Source: Dimorphilus gyrociliatus
Taxonomy: Eukaryota > Animalia > Annelida
DNA length: 64,000 nucleotides
Assembly: GCA_904063045.1 (NCBI GenBank)
Contig: CAJFCJ010000044.1
Location: 130,813 to 194,812, forward strand
Direction of reading: 5' to 3'
Part shown: positions 14,057 through 27,300 of the stretch, in pieces
Layout: every line of letters begins with the position of its first letter
Numbering within the stretch: the first letter of the stretch is position 1
The notes under the pieces: generated by a model
Told to the model about the DNA's origin: nothing
The model's input: the letters and a program-made list of their open reading frames with translations, nothing else
Databases searched by the model: none
Position numbers and translations under genes: made by a program

Positions 14057-14620
14057 GAAGTGGGTTAGCAGATGGAGATCCTCATTTTCAACAATATATT
14101 TTTGACAAGTCAAGCTTAATGTCAAGGTCAATCTGTTATGATGTTACAGGCTCTCTATATAATTTTTTACATAATGCTGGTTTCTTTCATAGGGATATTC
14201 AAATTTATGGACAATTGAAAGATTATTATTACTTTCATGAAATTTTCATGAAATCACCTTTTGGCAATATTACAATTTCAGTAGATTCTATTATTTTAGA
14301 TAATAGCAAGATATTTAATTGGAGCAATAATTCAGTAAAAATCAATTTAAAATCAAAATTCTTTGAGTATGATTTATTTGAGAATGAAATGTTTATTAAA
14401 CAATGAAAGAATCATTTCAATTGTTTTATATAAAAAAATCAACACATTCATTAAAGGAAAAATATTTAGATATTAATATTAAACTTTTGCCAAACGATCA
14501 TAAAGAAATGAACTGATTGTTTGGGGATATTGGAAAAAAACAATACACATTCTACCCTGAAGTTCAATTACTGATTAATGATAATAATTCTAAATTTATT
14601 GCAGTTCGTATTGGATAAAA
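14057..14620 (+). pseudogene. GDPH-motif domain resembling the inter-alpha-trypsin inhibitor heavy chain C-terminal domain
   Basis: Exon starts after TTTTATAG: GSGLADGDPHF...SICYDVTG...IYGQL..YYF; later YLDINIK...LFGDIG with lesions. Confidence 0.55.
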
Positions 14621-14718
14621 ACTGAGTTTTAACTAACCATTAAAAATATTCAATTATCTGCAAAAATCGAATCAATAACTCTTCAAAAAACCTTACTTGA
14701 CAATACTTTTAACAGATA

Positions 14719-15207
14719 TCATAATACAAACCAACAATTAATTGCATTACGAGACGATTGCTCAATAGAGTGCTTTCTAAATTTTAGGCCCAAATTTTTT
14801 GAGGTATCACTTAAGTTATTATTGGAAAAACAACAAATTTCTTTCAGAACATATCGCTTTAGAGAGACATTGTCGAAATAGTTGTCCTTCCAGATGCAAT
14901 TGCTTAGATTGTTTTTTCGCACGACAATTGTTTGCTGTCGAAATGCTTGTCCACACAAACAATATATATAGAAATTGATCACGTGATTAGTAAAATTGAG
15001 TATGAATGTTCCTTCATAAATGGTTTTTGCAGTTGAATTAGAATAGTATTTTTTTCCTCTTATAATGATCAAGATAGATAATATATTGAAAGGAATTCCA
15101 ATTATTTGACTATAAGGTAGAACAAAGTACGAAAATAATCTACTAGCAACAAATTCATTTTCACTTTCCAAATCTATTGTTGAATTATTTGTAAAATTTG
15201 AAGACAT
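14719..15207 (-). pseudogene. Internally deleted peptide-type GPCR (TM1 joined in frame to TM7)
   Basis: NFT/NNS N-terminus, TM1 IIGIPFNILSILII, then directly TM7 NHVINFYIYCLCGQAFR and a C-tail, all in one 162-aa ORF. Confidence 0.65.
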
Positions 15208-16249
15208 ATTATTATCTTTTTCTTTCTTTCTTTCAATCCTTTAAATTGGCAGAGACTGTCATGCCAAATTGATTTTTTTGTTTTTAATTTTGCTTTTTTA
15301 TTTTGTAATTTTTCAAAATTTTTCTAGTACAAAGTCTAAAAATATTACAAAATCAATATAAATTGTATTATTTTTTTTTCACCTTATTAATTAACTGTAA
15401 TTACCTGACTAATTAACTTGGCTACAATATGATTATTGTTTAAGTCTATTTTGAAAAACTTCTATAACAGAGTTTGCTAGTTCAAAGGTCCATTGGTGTA
15501 AAATGTCCAGATATATTTCAAAAGAGACAGAGACAGAGATAAAGTTTTCAACACTTTCTACTCTCTTTGGATATATATACAGGTATTTAAATCTCCATTT
15601 ACTGGAATATTCTGCAATAGTTTTATTCTATTTCTCTTATGGAAGATATGAAAGTGTTAGAGATATAGTTGTACTATTTATACCTTCAATATTAACAATT
15701 GAACACCATCACTTTGGATCAAGTAGTTATCTTTTTATATACCTTGGTCTATTTCTACCAGTTTTCTAAAATGCATTTATTGTATTCAACCAGTATTACA
15801 AAACAGAATGATTGAATATATTTTTATACAAAGAATGAGAATTTGCATCTTATTATCTAATGTGTGACAGTTTGAAATAAGGTCATGTGACCAACACATC
15901 ATATTATACAGTATTTATATAATATACTTTGGAGTTTACCTCTGATATTCTGCCTAGTTCAGATTTATCTTTAATAACATGATGTTACAAGGGCAAATTG
16001 AGCTATAACTGGGCCACAGCTTAGGAGGACCATTAGAATTATAACATAGCAAAGGTGTCTTAACAATATTAATGTAGATACAAACTGCATTGGAGGTAGA
16101 TTAATCAGAGATTTAATGATTAATTTTGATATAAACTGTATTTTAAGGAAATATATTTAAAAATGTTTTGTCTGTTAGAAATTGGTGCATTTATTATTTA
16201 ATAACATTTAAAATTTTCCATTGCTTTCTCTCTCTCTCTCTCGCTATCT

Positions 16250-16560
16250 CTCTGTGCTGCAGTGGCACATGTTGGTCATGTGATGTTGATCTCATCATTG
16301 TATTCTATATGTGTCATAAAATAGTCTTTCATATTTTTATTACTTGTGGATTATAAGACTGCTACATTTTGCCCTCCTAATCCTTTCACCAATTCAACCC
16401 AAGCTTTGGGAAATGTATAAAAGGAAATACATTTCCCCAGCTTAGTTCAGTTCTTTCACCGTTAGCTGGTTGTTTAAACTTAGTTGTTTAGAACCAGAAA
16501 CTCATTTACTCAATACATAACCTTTGGATGAAATACTGCTGTTTTGTTGTTTAATTTCTA
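16250..16560. repeat. Dispersed repeat (TATAAAAGG-containing, possibly LTR-derived); inverted copy at about 44000-44320
   Basis: 16377-16520 matches the reverse complement of 44050-44190; 16250-16345 matches 44210-44310. Confidence 0.75.
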
Positions 16561-16843
16561 TTAAAATACATTTGTTAATACTGATTGTGGATGAACTTAA
16601 AAGGTTCTATTTGTTGGAACTATAAACCTGGGAAAACACTTTATGTTATCATACAAAATATTTGTTTGAGTATTGTTGTTTCAATGGTATGATCAGCTTT
16701 TTCAACTATATTACCAGAAGAAGAAAACAAAGAGAAGAAACTGCTACCCCAAGTGAGGGCACAGATAACTCTCCTGAAAATCCAAAACTAATGAAACAAA
16801 GTTGTAGCTCAACATCAAACTAATGAAGAGAAACAGCCACCTG

Positions 16844-19697
16844 GAGTATGGGAAAAAACATCCTTGGGAAAAAACGTCCCTGGGAAAAAACGTCCCAGGG
16901 TGGGAAAAAACGTCCCAGTGTGGGAAAAAACGTCCCAAGGTTAGGAAAAAATGTCCCAAGGTTGGGAAAAACAAGTAGTGGGAAAAGATATTTGAATTTT
17001 AAAAAAGATTGCTCTATTTTGGGAACCAATGGCAATATACTGAGAATATAATAATTAATAATGAATATATGTTTATTAAAATGTATTAAAAATGAAAAAA
17101 GCTAAGAATGTTATACAAAGTTTAAAAGTTACTAGAATAAAGTATAAAGTATGTTAAGACACTGAGAATTATTTTGAATAGATTAATGCAATCTTCTGCA
17201 AGAGGACAGCAGATGTAATCATTCCCAATTTGTATTCATCCCAAACAGCAAATACTTGCTTCTGCTTCTGGATGACACTTTTCTTCTGATACTTCTTTAG
17301 CCTTTTTTCTGATAGAAGTTTCTCTACAACTGGAATAAGACTTGATTCCTGTTTTAAAATATCTATGAGCATATAAAATGACCCTTTTGCAGGAGTCTTT
17401 TCATTTATTCTTCTGTGCCATCCTTCAACATCATTGTTGGTCCTGATGGCAAGACCAAATACAGACCAACAATTTGGTGTCCAAATTGAATGCTTAATCC
17501 AAGTACTTTCAATGTATTGGAAAAAATCCAAAAATTCATTTCTCTCAAAGGCCTCATCTTTTAGCATGTAGAAACTGTTTAGAATGGCTTCATCTGGAAG
17601 AAAAGGTAATGCCAAAACTTGTTTCAGCAGTCCTGCCTTCTTCTTTTCCATATTATATTGTTGTGTGTATCCCAAATTCTACAATAATTTAATAATAAGG
17701 CCAAGCACTGAATTTAAATATAAGCTTACTTGAATTTTTCTGTAGACAGCTTGTGTCCAATGGAAGACACAACCTTGAATAGGAATATTAGGGTAAACTG
17801 AGTTAAGAGCACTCCATATACCTAATTCAAAATCAACTACAAATTTGTCAGGTTGAAAACCATTTGTCAATTTTTGAATCTCCTTTTGATAAGATGAAGT
17901 TAATGAAACAGAATTAAGCAACCAAATCATACTTACTTTAAGAATCATTTTGTACACTTTTTTTTTCTTTGATGTTAAAAAAGCAAATGCTAATGGAATT
18001 TGTTTTGCTTCTCCATCATTTTTAATAAAAGAATGAACAGAAAAAAGCTGTACAAATGGATCCTTCACAGCCTTGAAAGTGCCATCTAAATACCATACTT
18101 TACTTTTACATAATAAAGACAACTGGTGCTTAGAAGCAAATAGTAAAACTCTTTGATTTCTTACAACAATATCACTTTGAAGAAAATCATCTGGTATAAA
18201 TGTTGTATTAAGTTCAAAATCAATTTCGTTTGGTTCTTTAGGCCTTGATTTTTGCCTATTGATATTGGCTAATCTCCTCAGATTTTCCAGTTTTGGTAGG
18301 TTATTTTCACTTTTATTTAAATTAATTAATAGATCTTCAGCAATTGCTCTTCCAGATGACTTGATGTCTGCATTAGAGATTGCTCTCAATTCTTTTCTAG
18401 CAGAAATATTCACAATAAGGCTTTTCCTTTTGTTATGATTGTGTTCATGTTTACTCTTTATGAAAATATTTCCTTTTTGTTGAATAATAACTGGACATTG
18501 AATATTCTTATTTCTAACAGAACATCTCCAGATGGTTCTCTTGTCACTTCTAGATTTTATATTAAAAGCATAGCCATTGTTGGTCAAAATATCTTTCCCT
18601 TTTTGACTTCCACCAATAATAATATGAAATTTGTCTGAGCTTTCCATATTCTCATTATTTTCAGTTTCATTTTCATGCAATAAATTTTCCTCCATATTAG
18701 AAGTATTGCTAACTTCTTTAAGACTACAATTGTCTTTAACCATATTATTATGAGTACAACTCAGAGCAGCTTTTACAATAGGATCATCATTGATCACATC
18801 TGATAAACTAATGAGACAATATCTTTCACTCAAACTTTTGCATGAAGAACACTTATCATCTTTCATTTCTGTAATATTAAGCAAAGTTAAATAAATGTAT
18901 GTTTTACATAGTAAATATCACCTTTACAGATATGATGACAAAGTGAACATGTAGTTTCTTGAATCCTGAACTTTTCTGCACAATTATTGCAAAATACTCT
19001 TTCAGATTCTAAATTGAAAATGAAAAAAGTGAATAATTTAATAAAAACATATAAAGAGACAGACCTTTGATGCATTTGGCATGGACATAATCTTGGCAGT
19101 CATTGCATTTCATCTTTCTCTGTCTGCCATAAAATCTTTTATTACAATTAATACAAACAGGTGCCATTACTAAGTTTCTGCAAAAATAAATTCACTTTCA
19201 ACTATCAAATATGGCTGCCTATACAAAAATTATAAATAATAACTCACTGGAAAGAAGTGTTCTTAAACAATGTATAATCTTGTAATATTCAATAAACAAA
19301 ATCAATACCAGAGTTTCAATGCTTAAAAAACAAATTAGCCTGAAAATATGCCAAGAAATGCAAAATTTATCTTTCACTTACAGACAAGACAAGGAAATAA
19401 CTCATTTCTCTTTTAATAGCATTACATAATTCAGAGAAAACTGGTAAAAACATCACAATACATATCCCTTTCTTCAAAAATATTAATATTTTATTCTATA
19501 AATGAAATAAACAGCAAAGAGAAAAACATTTCTGATTATAAGTATAAATAATTATGCCAAGTATATCTTTAGCCAGGCATAGGACGTTTTTTCCCAACAA
19601 TTAGGACGTTTTTTCCCAACAATTAGGACGTTTTTTCCCGCCCTGGGACGTTTTTTCCCAGGGACGTTTTTTCCCAAGGACGTTTTTTCCCGACCCC
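16844..19697 (-). mobile_element. Full-length Mutator-like (MULE, Phantom-type) transposon, family A
   Basis: TIRs built of tandem GGGAAAAAACGTCC units (16848-16975 and inverted 19581-19692); TSD GCCACCTG at 16836-16843 and 19698-19705. Confidence 0.92.
17169..19167 (-). CDS. Spliced PHD-FLYWCH-MULE DDE transposase, 5 exons (19167-19065, 19008-18922, 18868-17937, 17882-17730, 17678-17169), about 594 aa, no lesions seen
   Basis: PHD C-x2-C...C-x2-C-x4-H-x2-C, FLYWCH (IWRCSVR...C...HNH), WYLDGTF, VDFE, GCVFH, TNNDVEGWH. Confidence 0.88.
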
Positions 19698-19746
19698 GCC
19701 ACCTGTAATTCTCATTAAATCAAGATGAAGGGACTCATCTTCACAA

Positions 19747-20314
19747 AGAAGGGGGAAGTTGTACAACTTTGGTTATATTATGCTTGAACTGTATTATTTT
19801 ATGCAACTTATACATGAACATCTTAAAACCTATGCAAGAAAATGCTATAATATTGGCCAAACATAAGTCTGATTAGTCAGCTTGAAGGCTCATCTTTAAT
19901 TACCAATAAAGGTTTGGCCAAGTTATAATTTAATTAACTTGCCCAGGGTGTGGCCAAGTTATAATTCAATTAACCTTCCTAAATGTTCAACCTTGTTACA
20001 TCCTGTTACTAAACATAAATATGAACTACACATTTTGGCAACTGTAAAGTGATGATTGGATGTTAGAGGAAAACCTCAAAGTATATAAATCCTCACTATT
20101 CTTATTCTGCATGCAGCTTACATCTGGACCCAAGGACCTGGGAAGATAACCTGGAAACAACCTCCACTGGAACCATCCATCTACTCCTCAACATAGGAAG
20201 ACAGTTTGGTAATTTGGCAACCTGCTATTACAAACTATCTACTCTGCTATTGAACTCTCATATTGTTACTTGCTTAAGTATTATTATTGCGAATAAACCA
20301 TTTTATTTTAAACA
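19747..20314 (+). mobile_element. Polypurine tract plus LTR of a retrotransposon remnant
   Basis: AGAAGGGGGAAG then TGTACA at 19760; internal tandem duplication, GTATATAAAT, AATAAA near a ...TTAAACA end (3' boundary uncertain). First about 200 bp recur at 28125-28330. Confidence 0.6.
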
Positions 20315-20349
20315 TTTGTTTAAAAGGTTCGAGTAGAACCAGTATTGTT

Positions 20350-20720
20350 ATAACTTGCAAACGCATAGATTTTGCCAGCAAGAGCAGTACAATAAAAAAT
20401 CTGGGAAAAAAGATAATGCACTTCTTTTTTATGTTTGGCACTGTGATTGGGCTACATTTAAAAATCTTAGCTAGTTTTTGAATGGATACTTCAGGTCCTC
20501 AAAGATTAATATAAAGTAAAAATTCTTATTGCATCTAATAGCTTCACCATTATATTTGAAATTTGTTAATTGTTAGCTTGAACATGGGCACACACATAAA
20601 TGGCACTAAACTTTCTGAGCATGACGGATGCTTACGCCTTTCCATTAATAGGCCTATGACATTAAAACAATCATATTTCTTAGATTTAAAGCAAAACACA
20701 TATTTCGTATCACTCCTTTG
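20350..20720 (-). mobile_element. Degenerate 5' fragment of the Tc1-type element seen at 30389-32030
   Basis: Nucleotide similarity to 31600-31880 and decayed MVKL..A.RI translation. Confidence 0.7.
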
Positions 20721-20958
20721 AGTTTGGCAAGAGAAAAAAAAATAAAAAGAGTATATGTTTAGAGTTGTAATAGTGACCAATGGCTGGTATCATATAGGGA
20801 TAATGGTGACAACCTCTTTTTAGTTAATTTTTTTTAGCCAGGCTGTCAAGATGGTATTCAGAGACTTACTACTTGTTATTATCGGAAATTATTACTGCTA
20901 AAAGTGATATTTCATACTACTGTTTTCTTGTCAGGGCTAATCAAGAGCACGTTTATTC

Positions 20959-21871
20959 AAATAGGGGTGAAACCATACCCTGGTGAAACCGTACCTGAGT
21001 GAAACCGTACCCATTTTGGGTGAAACCGTACCCATAGAAATATTAGGTTTTTTTAATTTTATTAATACTAAAGAAAAGTATATATAATACTAAGAAAATG
21101 ATAATAGATTAAGACATAACTTTGAAAGATAAAAGAATGGAAAAAGTGAAAAGAAACATTTAAAAAAGAGAATATTATGGAGCATAAATATATAATGTTT
21201 GAACCAATAATTCATCTGCCAAAAGCCCTCCAAGTCTATAATTTTCCCAAATTTCAAATATTTTTCTTTCTATCTCAATATACTGCTTTTTTGGTACTTG
21301 ATAATCTGCTTCTCAGACATAAGCTTTTCATAGATAATAACCAAATCAGCTTCTCTCTTCAGCTCATCAAGCAGCCAATAAAATGATCCTTTAGATGGTA
21401 CTTTAGTATTCATTCTATTGTGCCATCCTTCCACACTGTTATTAGTCCTTATGGATAATCCATATATAGACCAATTCTCTGGTTTCCATATAGAGTTCAT
21501 AATCCATGTTGCTTCAAAATATTCCAACAAGTCTCCAAATTGGATATTTTTAAAAAATTAAAAAAGATGTATTGAAAAGATGAATAAAACATTAATCTAG
21601 ATTACAATGCACATGAAATTACCTCTGTTAAATCTAAAATGATAATCTTTGCCCAAATATAATTATCAAAAAAGGCTTGAGTTTCAAATTAAATTCTTTC
21701 CAAAGTGAAAGTTAACTTCAATTTCTTCATTTTTAAAATTGCTGTCAGTTTATATTTCAACAGTGTTTCTATTTTTGTAGCTTCCATTATTATAATTCTA
21801 AATAATAACATTAAAAAAATGTAATATTTTTATGGGTATGGTTTCACTTGGGTACGGTTTCACCCGCTACT
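20959..21871 (-). mobile_element. Non-autonomous MULE, family B (GGTGAAACCGTACC units), retaining part of the last transposase exon
   Basis: Inverted motif arrays at 20963-21033 and 21835-21866; flanking GTTTATTC repeat; ORF with RTNNSVEGWH. Confidence 0.8.
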
Positions 21872-24106
21872 GTTTATTCTAGTTTTATAAGTAAATTTCC
21901 ATATGCTACAAGGCCAAATTATCTTGAAATATTTCAAGATTGGATTGTGCAAAGTTTTACTTTGGCCAGCTTACTCCCCAGATCTATCATGGCGTTTATT
22001 GAAGCATCTGGTTTATGATGGCCAACAATTCAGCAAAAAGGAGACTTTATGGAAATGTATCCAAAAAAAATGGAAATAATATAAAAAAGATGGAAACAGG
22101 ATTTAATATACATGCATAATTCATAATACAGTCTTTGCAAAAAGTCAGTGGTATGAAAAATTTTGTTGAGCACTATATATTCTGTTTGAACATTTCAATA
22201 GTGAGTGTAGGGTGAGAAAGAACTGACAAGCCATTATTGAAAAATGATACATTTAATTTGGGTGCTGAGAGAAATTCTTGTTTTGTAAGTGGATGAGCCA
22301 GCAACTGATATTTAGGATTGTCAGGAAAAAATTGAAAACTTGGAACTTGGGTTAGGCTAGGAACATTCACTTTAATATAGGGGTTCCTGATAGTCATACT
22401 TACCAGTATGCAGCACATAGTGACCTAAGAGTCAATCTGAGATAGGCAGACTATAAACCTTGGATATTTAATATAATCATTGTTTGGCACATTCATCGAA
22501 ACAATTGATTATTGCCTGGAATGGTTGGCTGAGTAAACCATAAACAATACATAAAATTAGCCATCTCTGTCAACTATTGCCAAAAAAATAACATAACATA
22601 CAAAAGAAAATATAGATTAGAATGGCAATGAAGACGATAATTGCCAAAAAAATGAAAGAATATTCTGAATGTTGAGTGTCTTTCTGTTGTTCCCTTGAAA
22701 AGTGTATCAGTTTCAAAAATGGAAATGACCAAAGTAGGGCAGTAAATTGTAGTATCATCCAAATGGTGTTAGGGGTATTGACAAAGCATGCTCCCAAATA
22801 TTGGATTTACAATATTTGGTAGAGGATTAATTAGAATATAAAATAAAATACATAAAATGTATATTTAAGTAAAAATTGAACAAGAGTCTTAGCAATATGT
22901 TATATTGGCCTATAGTTATTCACAATTGATATATTGATATTCTGTATAGATATTGTGGAATTTTCTCTCTAATTCTGGAAATAATTACCAGCTCTATTCT
23001 ACAATAGACGAAGTAGTATTGCTTATCTCTATCATTGTACTGTATAGATTGCACTGGTAAGCAGTGTTGTTTGTCTGAGTACTTTGGTGAATTTGTAAAT
23101 AATTGGAAAGGACGAATTCTGTTGAGACAAACCAGAAATTCCTATAATTTCAATACAACAATGTGCAATCTCCTAACTGGAGACTACAAAATAACATAAT
23201 TATATTTGAATATGCTTGCAATTTAGCACAAAGATCATTATATTTCCCTTGGTAATCAATCATACTATCCCGAATCCAAGATTTTTTGTCAGAATACAAT
23301 GATTGAATCAATTTCTTTCAAAGCATTTGATAGCTGAACATCAGATGGAGTTGATAATCTGATGAGTATCTGATAATTCCCTCTCCGTACTCATATATGT
23401 GTGAAATGTTTAAAAGTAGGTATGATTTAGGCCTCCAATGAGACTAATTAGCATTTCACCTACTCATTAAATAATGTATTTGTACAAATATTGAATTAGT
23501 TGTTGTCATCTTGACATGGAAGTTAAAATTCAAGATTTTTGAGTAATGTAAGATTTAATGTGTAGGCTATAGATAACTGAAGAAAAGATGATGAATAAAA
23601 CATGTCACATAGCACATCTATAATAAAAACTTGAAGAATATTTATAATATGGGAAAGAGAGAAAAATGAATACAATTAATATTTTATCAACACTTGTCAA
23701 TTTTTCTAGACTTCAGCATTGTAATAACAATTGGACTATTTTAAAGTTCAAAACAAAGAAGCTTATAATAAAATTATGAAATAGAACTATGAATTAACTA
23801 TTGGTTAGGGTTAAACCTAACCCAAACTATTTACTCCTTAACTTACATAAAATAAGACATTAAATCATGCTTCTTTTCAATAAGAGTAAAACACAAAAAT
23901 CTCATTTACAATGAGATTTTATCATCTGCAAATTATAAATAATGAATTAAGAGAAGAATAGATGAATGGCTATCTGTAAATAATGAAATGCGCACATCGA
24001 TTGAATTGTATGTTGTATTTTCATTCCTTTATAACTTGCATGAGAGAGATTTTCTCTCTTTTCATTCTATGAGTTTTCTCTCTTCATCTGCTTCAAAGTA
24101 TACAAA

Positions 24107-25111
24107 ATGAGAATTAAGCTAATAAAATTACTAAAGTTTTTATTTCTATTGAGTTCATTGTCAATTCTCAATTCGACTGCAGTCTATAAATCTTGTCTAC
24201 ATGCTCTTCAAAATAATAACTTTATATCTAATACTTATAATATTCAATCTAGGATTGGTGGAGCTATATCTGAAATTGAATGCGAGGCTATTAAAGATGT
24301 TGGCATTGTAACTGTTTTAGATAATAATAAAGAAAATTTAACTACTTTAGCAAGAACCCAAGCAAAATATTTCATTATTGTGGATATTCAATATGAAAAT
24401 TTTGATGATACAGATGTAACTGAACTTTTGAAAACTATTGGTGTTTGTCAACAAACTATGCATTTTATTAATGCGAAAGCTGCTAATTTCCATAATAGAT
24501 TCCTACTTTGGGATGGAAGTTATACTAGTTTCATAGCTAATGATGGAATATGTAATTGTCTGATATCTGAAATATGTGAACAAACTAATGATCCTCAACA
24601 ATTTTGCGCACCTAATATACAAACAGTGGGCAATCCTGTATTTAGTTATAATGGAAAGATTGCTGTTTTACCACAAAGATTACCATTAAAAAGAATTGAA
24701 GCTGGCGATACAAATGATGGAGTTAATAGATTTTCTATTGGAAAATAAAAATGTGAACTGAAATTGTTGAATAGTTTCAAAATTATCCTTGATAACAAGT
24801 GTAAAAATAGAGAGGGTATTTTAACTGATGGAAATTTACAAACATGTATCATTTTTAAGGAAAAGGAATTTGGATTTAAATTAAAAGTTCAAGGTGACTT
24901 TTATCTTATGAACATTTCAAATAGTAACTCAATAATGGATAATATTCTTGTTCAATCATTAAGTCCTTTACAAACTGATCGTGGAATTAATGGGAATTGT
25001 TCAAGGCAAGTAAATCTGTTCAAATGCCCAGTTTCAACTATTGGAGAATATATTGTCTATTTTGACAATATGACTCGAGAAACTGAAATCTGTGAAGTAA
25101 CATTGCATTGA
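24107..25111 (+). pseudogene. Intronless secreted protein: CASPR/neurexin-IV-type fibrinogen-like domain plus a C-terminal beta-sandwich ending ICEV; one in-frame TAA at 24746-24748
   Basis: Signal peptide, YKSC, CQQ, CNC, RLPLKRIEAGDT, FSIGK*KC; the 24764 ORF is in the same frame. Confidence 0.65.
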
Positions 25112-25835
25112 TAAACGCACTTATGGTCATTTTAGTCCTCTCCATCTTCAATTCTTTAATTCAAACAAATAATTGTAATTGATAAAGCAGAATACAAATT
25201 AAGACCTATGTTGTGAAGAATCCACCAGACACAATAATATTTACCTAGACAAGGAAAATGACCTTCACCTTAGAAGTCATCATTAGTGTATGTTCACATA
25301 CATTCATCAGCTCATTTGTACAATAGGGTGCAATGACATTTTGACTTAAGCTTCAACTATGTACAATTAATAACAAGAAATAAGGAAAATAAAACCGATA
25401 AGTATAAGAATGACAAGAAAATTTAAAATACTCTCAGAGTATTGGATACCAGTTTTCTTTATTTTCATAGTATATTTCCTGTTTGTAACAATTTCTTTTT
25501 CCTGTTTTGACAAAAAAAAATTGCTGGGAATGTTCTCAATTTCACTGGACACAAAGACTGTCCTGAGCCTAATGTCACAGCAGTGATTTAATGTACTGTA
25601 AACCAAAGACTCATATGAATACTTTACTGTCAAAGTATGTAAGTATTGTGTTATAATAAAACATCATCTCTTCTTGATCTTATAATTAACTTTAAAGAAT
25701 TATAAAATAAAGTGAAACAATTCACTTCAAACTCATTTAACCTGTGTTTTAAAAATTATGTTGGTACATTAGCACCTCTTTTATTAGAATTAAAGATTGA
25801 GTGATTAAAGTCAATTTCTTATCCATAGACTTTTT

Positions 25836-27300
25836 GGGAGCTGGAAAGAATGTCCCATGGAATGAACGTCCCATGGAAAGAATGTCCCATATTAAAAAGG
25901 AAGTAGCTCTATAGAATGACACAAGACAATGTGAAAATACTATTCTATGAAAAGAATTTAGCAGAGAAAAAGTTTTACAATATAAAATGTATTTAAGTAA
26001 GAAACCACTGAATCTTTAGTTAAAGATTTATGAACAACATTAGTTACACCAAAAATATCAAGAATTAAACTACAGGGCTAGACAAGAGAGGTTAATATAA
26101 AAAGTTATGATACATATATATTTGATACTTTTTCCAATAGATCCATTGCTGTTATTAATCCTAAATCATAATCATCCCATAATTTCAATATTTTAACCTG
26201 AAATTTCAAAATCAACAACTACCTCCTCTGGCATTGAATCATTAGTCATTTTTTTAATTTCCTGCAGACAAAAAATCCAAGAATAGAAAATGAGTTATGC
26301 AATATTTTTTATAGACAAATTATACCTTTAATACATATTTGTAAGCTCTTCACTTTGCTGATGATATAAACACAAACATAAGTGGTACTTGTTTCACTTC
26401 ACCATGTTTTTTAATGAATGAATGTATTGAAAATAGTTCTTTTTATTACGAACACTGCATCTCCATAAGGTATAGCTGTCTTTCATAAACTTTACATTGA
26501 ATGCAAATCCATTATAGAGTAGAATATCTTTTCCTTTCTTGCTTCCTCCCCTTATAATTTCAAATGATTGATTGTGATTATTGTTGGTGTGAAAGTCCTC
26601 TGTAGCATCAAATGAATCTTCATTCAAATCTTGAGGTTGCAATTGCAATGTTTCTGCAATATCATCAATTCTTGTCAGAACAATTTGGCATTGCGTTTTA
26701 GTGATATCTGAACAAATATCACATTTGAAAACAACAACATCTGTTGTTCAAAATATAATGTTTTAATGAGAAATTTCAAATAAATTTTATACAAACCTTT
26801 GGTGCACTTAAAATGCATGGAATACGTATGATTACATACTGAACATTTATGTACAGATCTCTTTCCATAAATCCTTTTCTTACATTGATAACAAGTGGCA
26901 GCCATTGTCTATAAAGAGAAAGTTCAATTAAAGATATAATAAAAAAAGTGTTTTTTACTTAGCCAATTGTGAAAAACACATGAAATAAATCTTTTCAATT
27001 CCTTAATATTATTTAATAATTACCTTATCTCTTTTTCAAATGAAATAATCCTATCTTTTTTAATTTAGAGAAATTTCCAAAAATTACTACTTCAGTGAAA
27101 TTTTCCAAAATGGAGTATACCAGTTTTCTTGTGTGGATGCAATGATTACTCATTACATCATTGAAAAGTATAAGTATCTTTCAAAAGAAATAATACATTT
27201 TTTAAATATTAAATTTTTCTTTCAAATAGATGTATTCTTTTAAAAATGGGACATTCTTTCCATGGGACATTCATTCCATGGGACGTTCATTCCATAACCC
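25836..27300 (-). mobile_element. Internally deleted MULE, family C (GGAA(A/T)GAA(T/C)GTCCCAT units)
   Basis: Inverted arrays at 25842-25890 and 27248-27295; 9-bp TSD AGACTTTTT/AGTCTTTTC; retains the PHD exon (MAATCYQC...HFKC), start of FLYWCH and the extreme 3' end. Confidence 0.85.

Noticed and set aside
16848-16975. Tandem GGGAAAAAACGTCC array as a CRISPR array
   Set aside because: No unique spacers, no cas genes, eukaryotic context, and an inverted counterpart at 19581-19692 shows it is a transposon TIR.
16744-17051. Three overlapping repetitive ORFs (FFPxxG, GKNVP)
   Set aside because: Translations of the family A TIR units.
20326-20340. GGTTCGA T-loop-like motif as a tRNA or primer-binding site
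   Set aside because: Only a 5-bp hairpin (GGTTC/GAACC); no cloverleaf and no TGG-start PBS.
22170-23650. Minus-strand fragments with hydrophobic stretches and a CIEIIG motif; partly duplicated at 39050-39230
   Set aside because: Too many stops to assign a family; possibly decayed GPCR and discoidin-like pieces.
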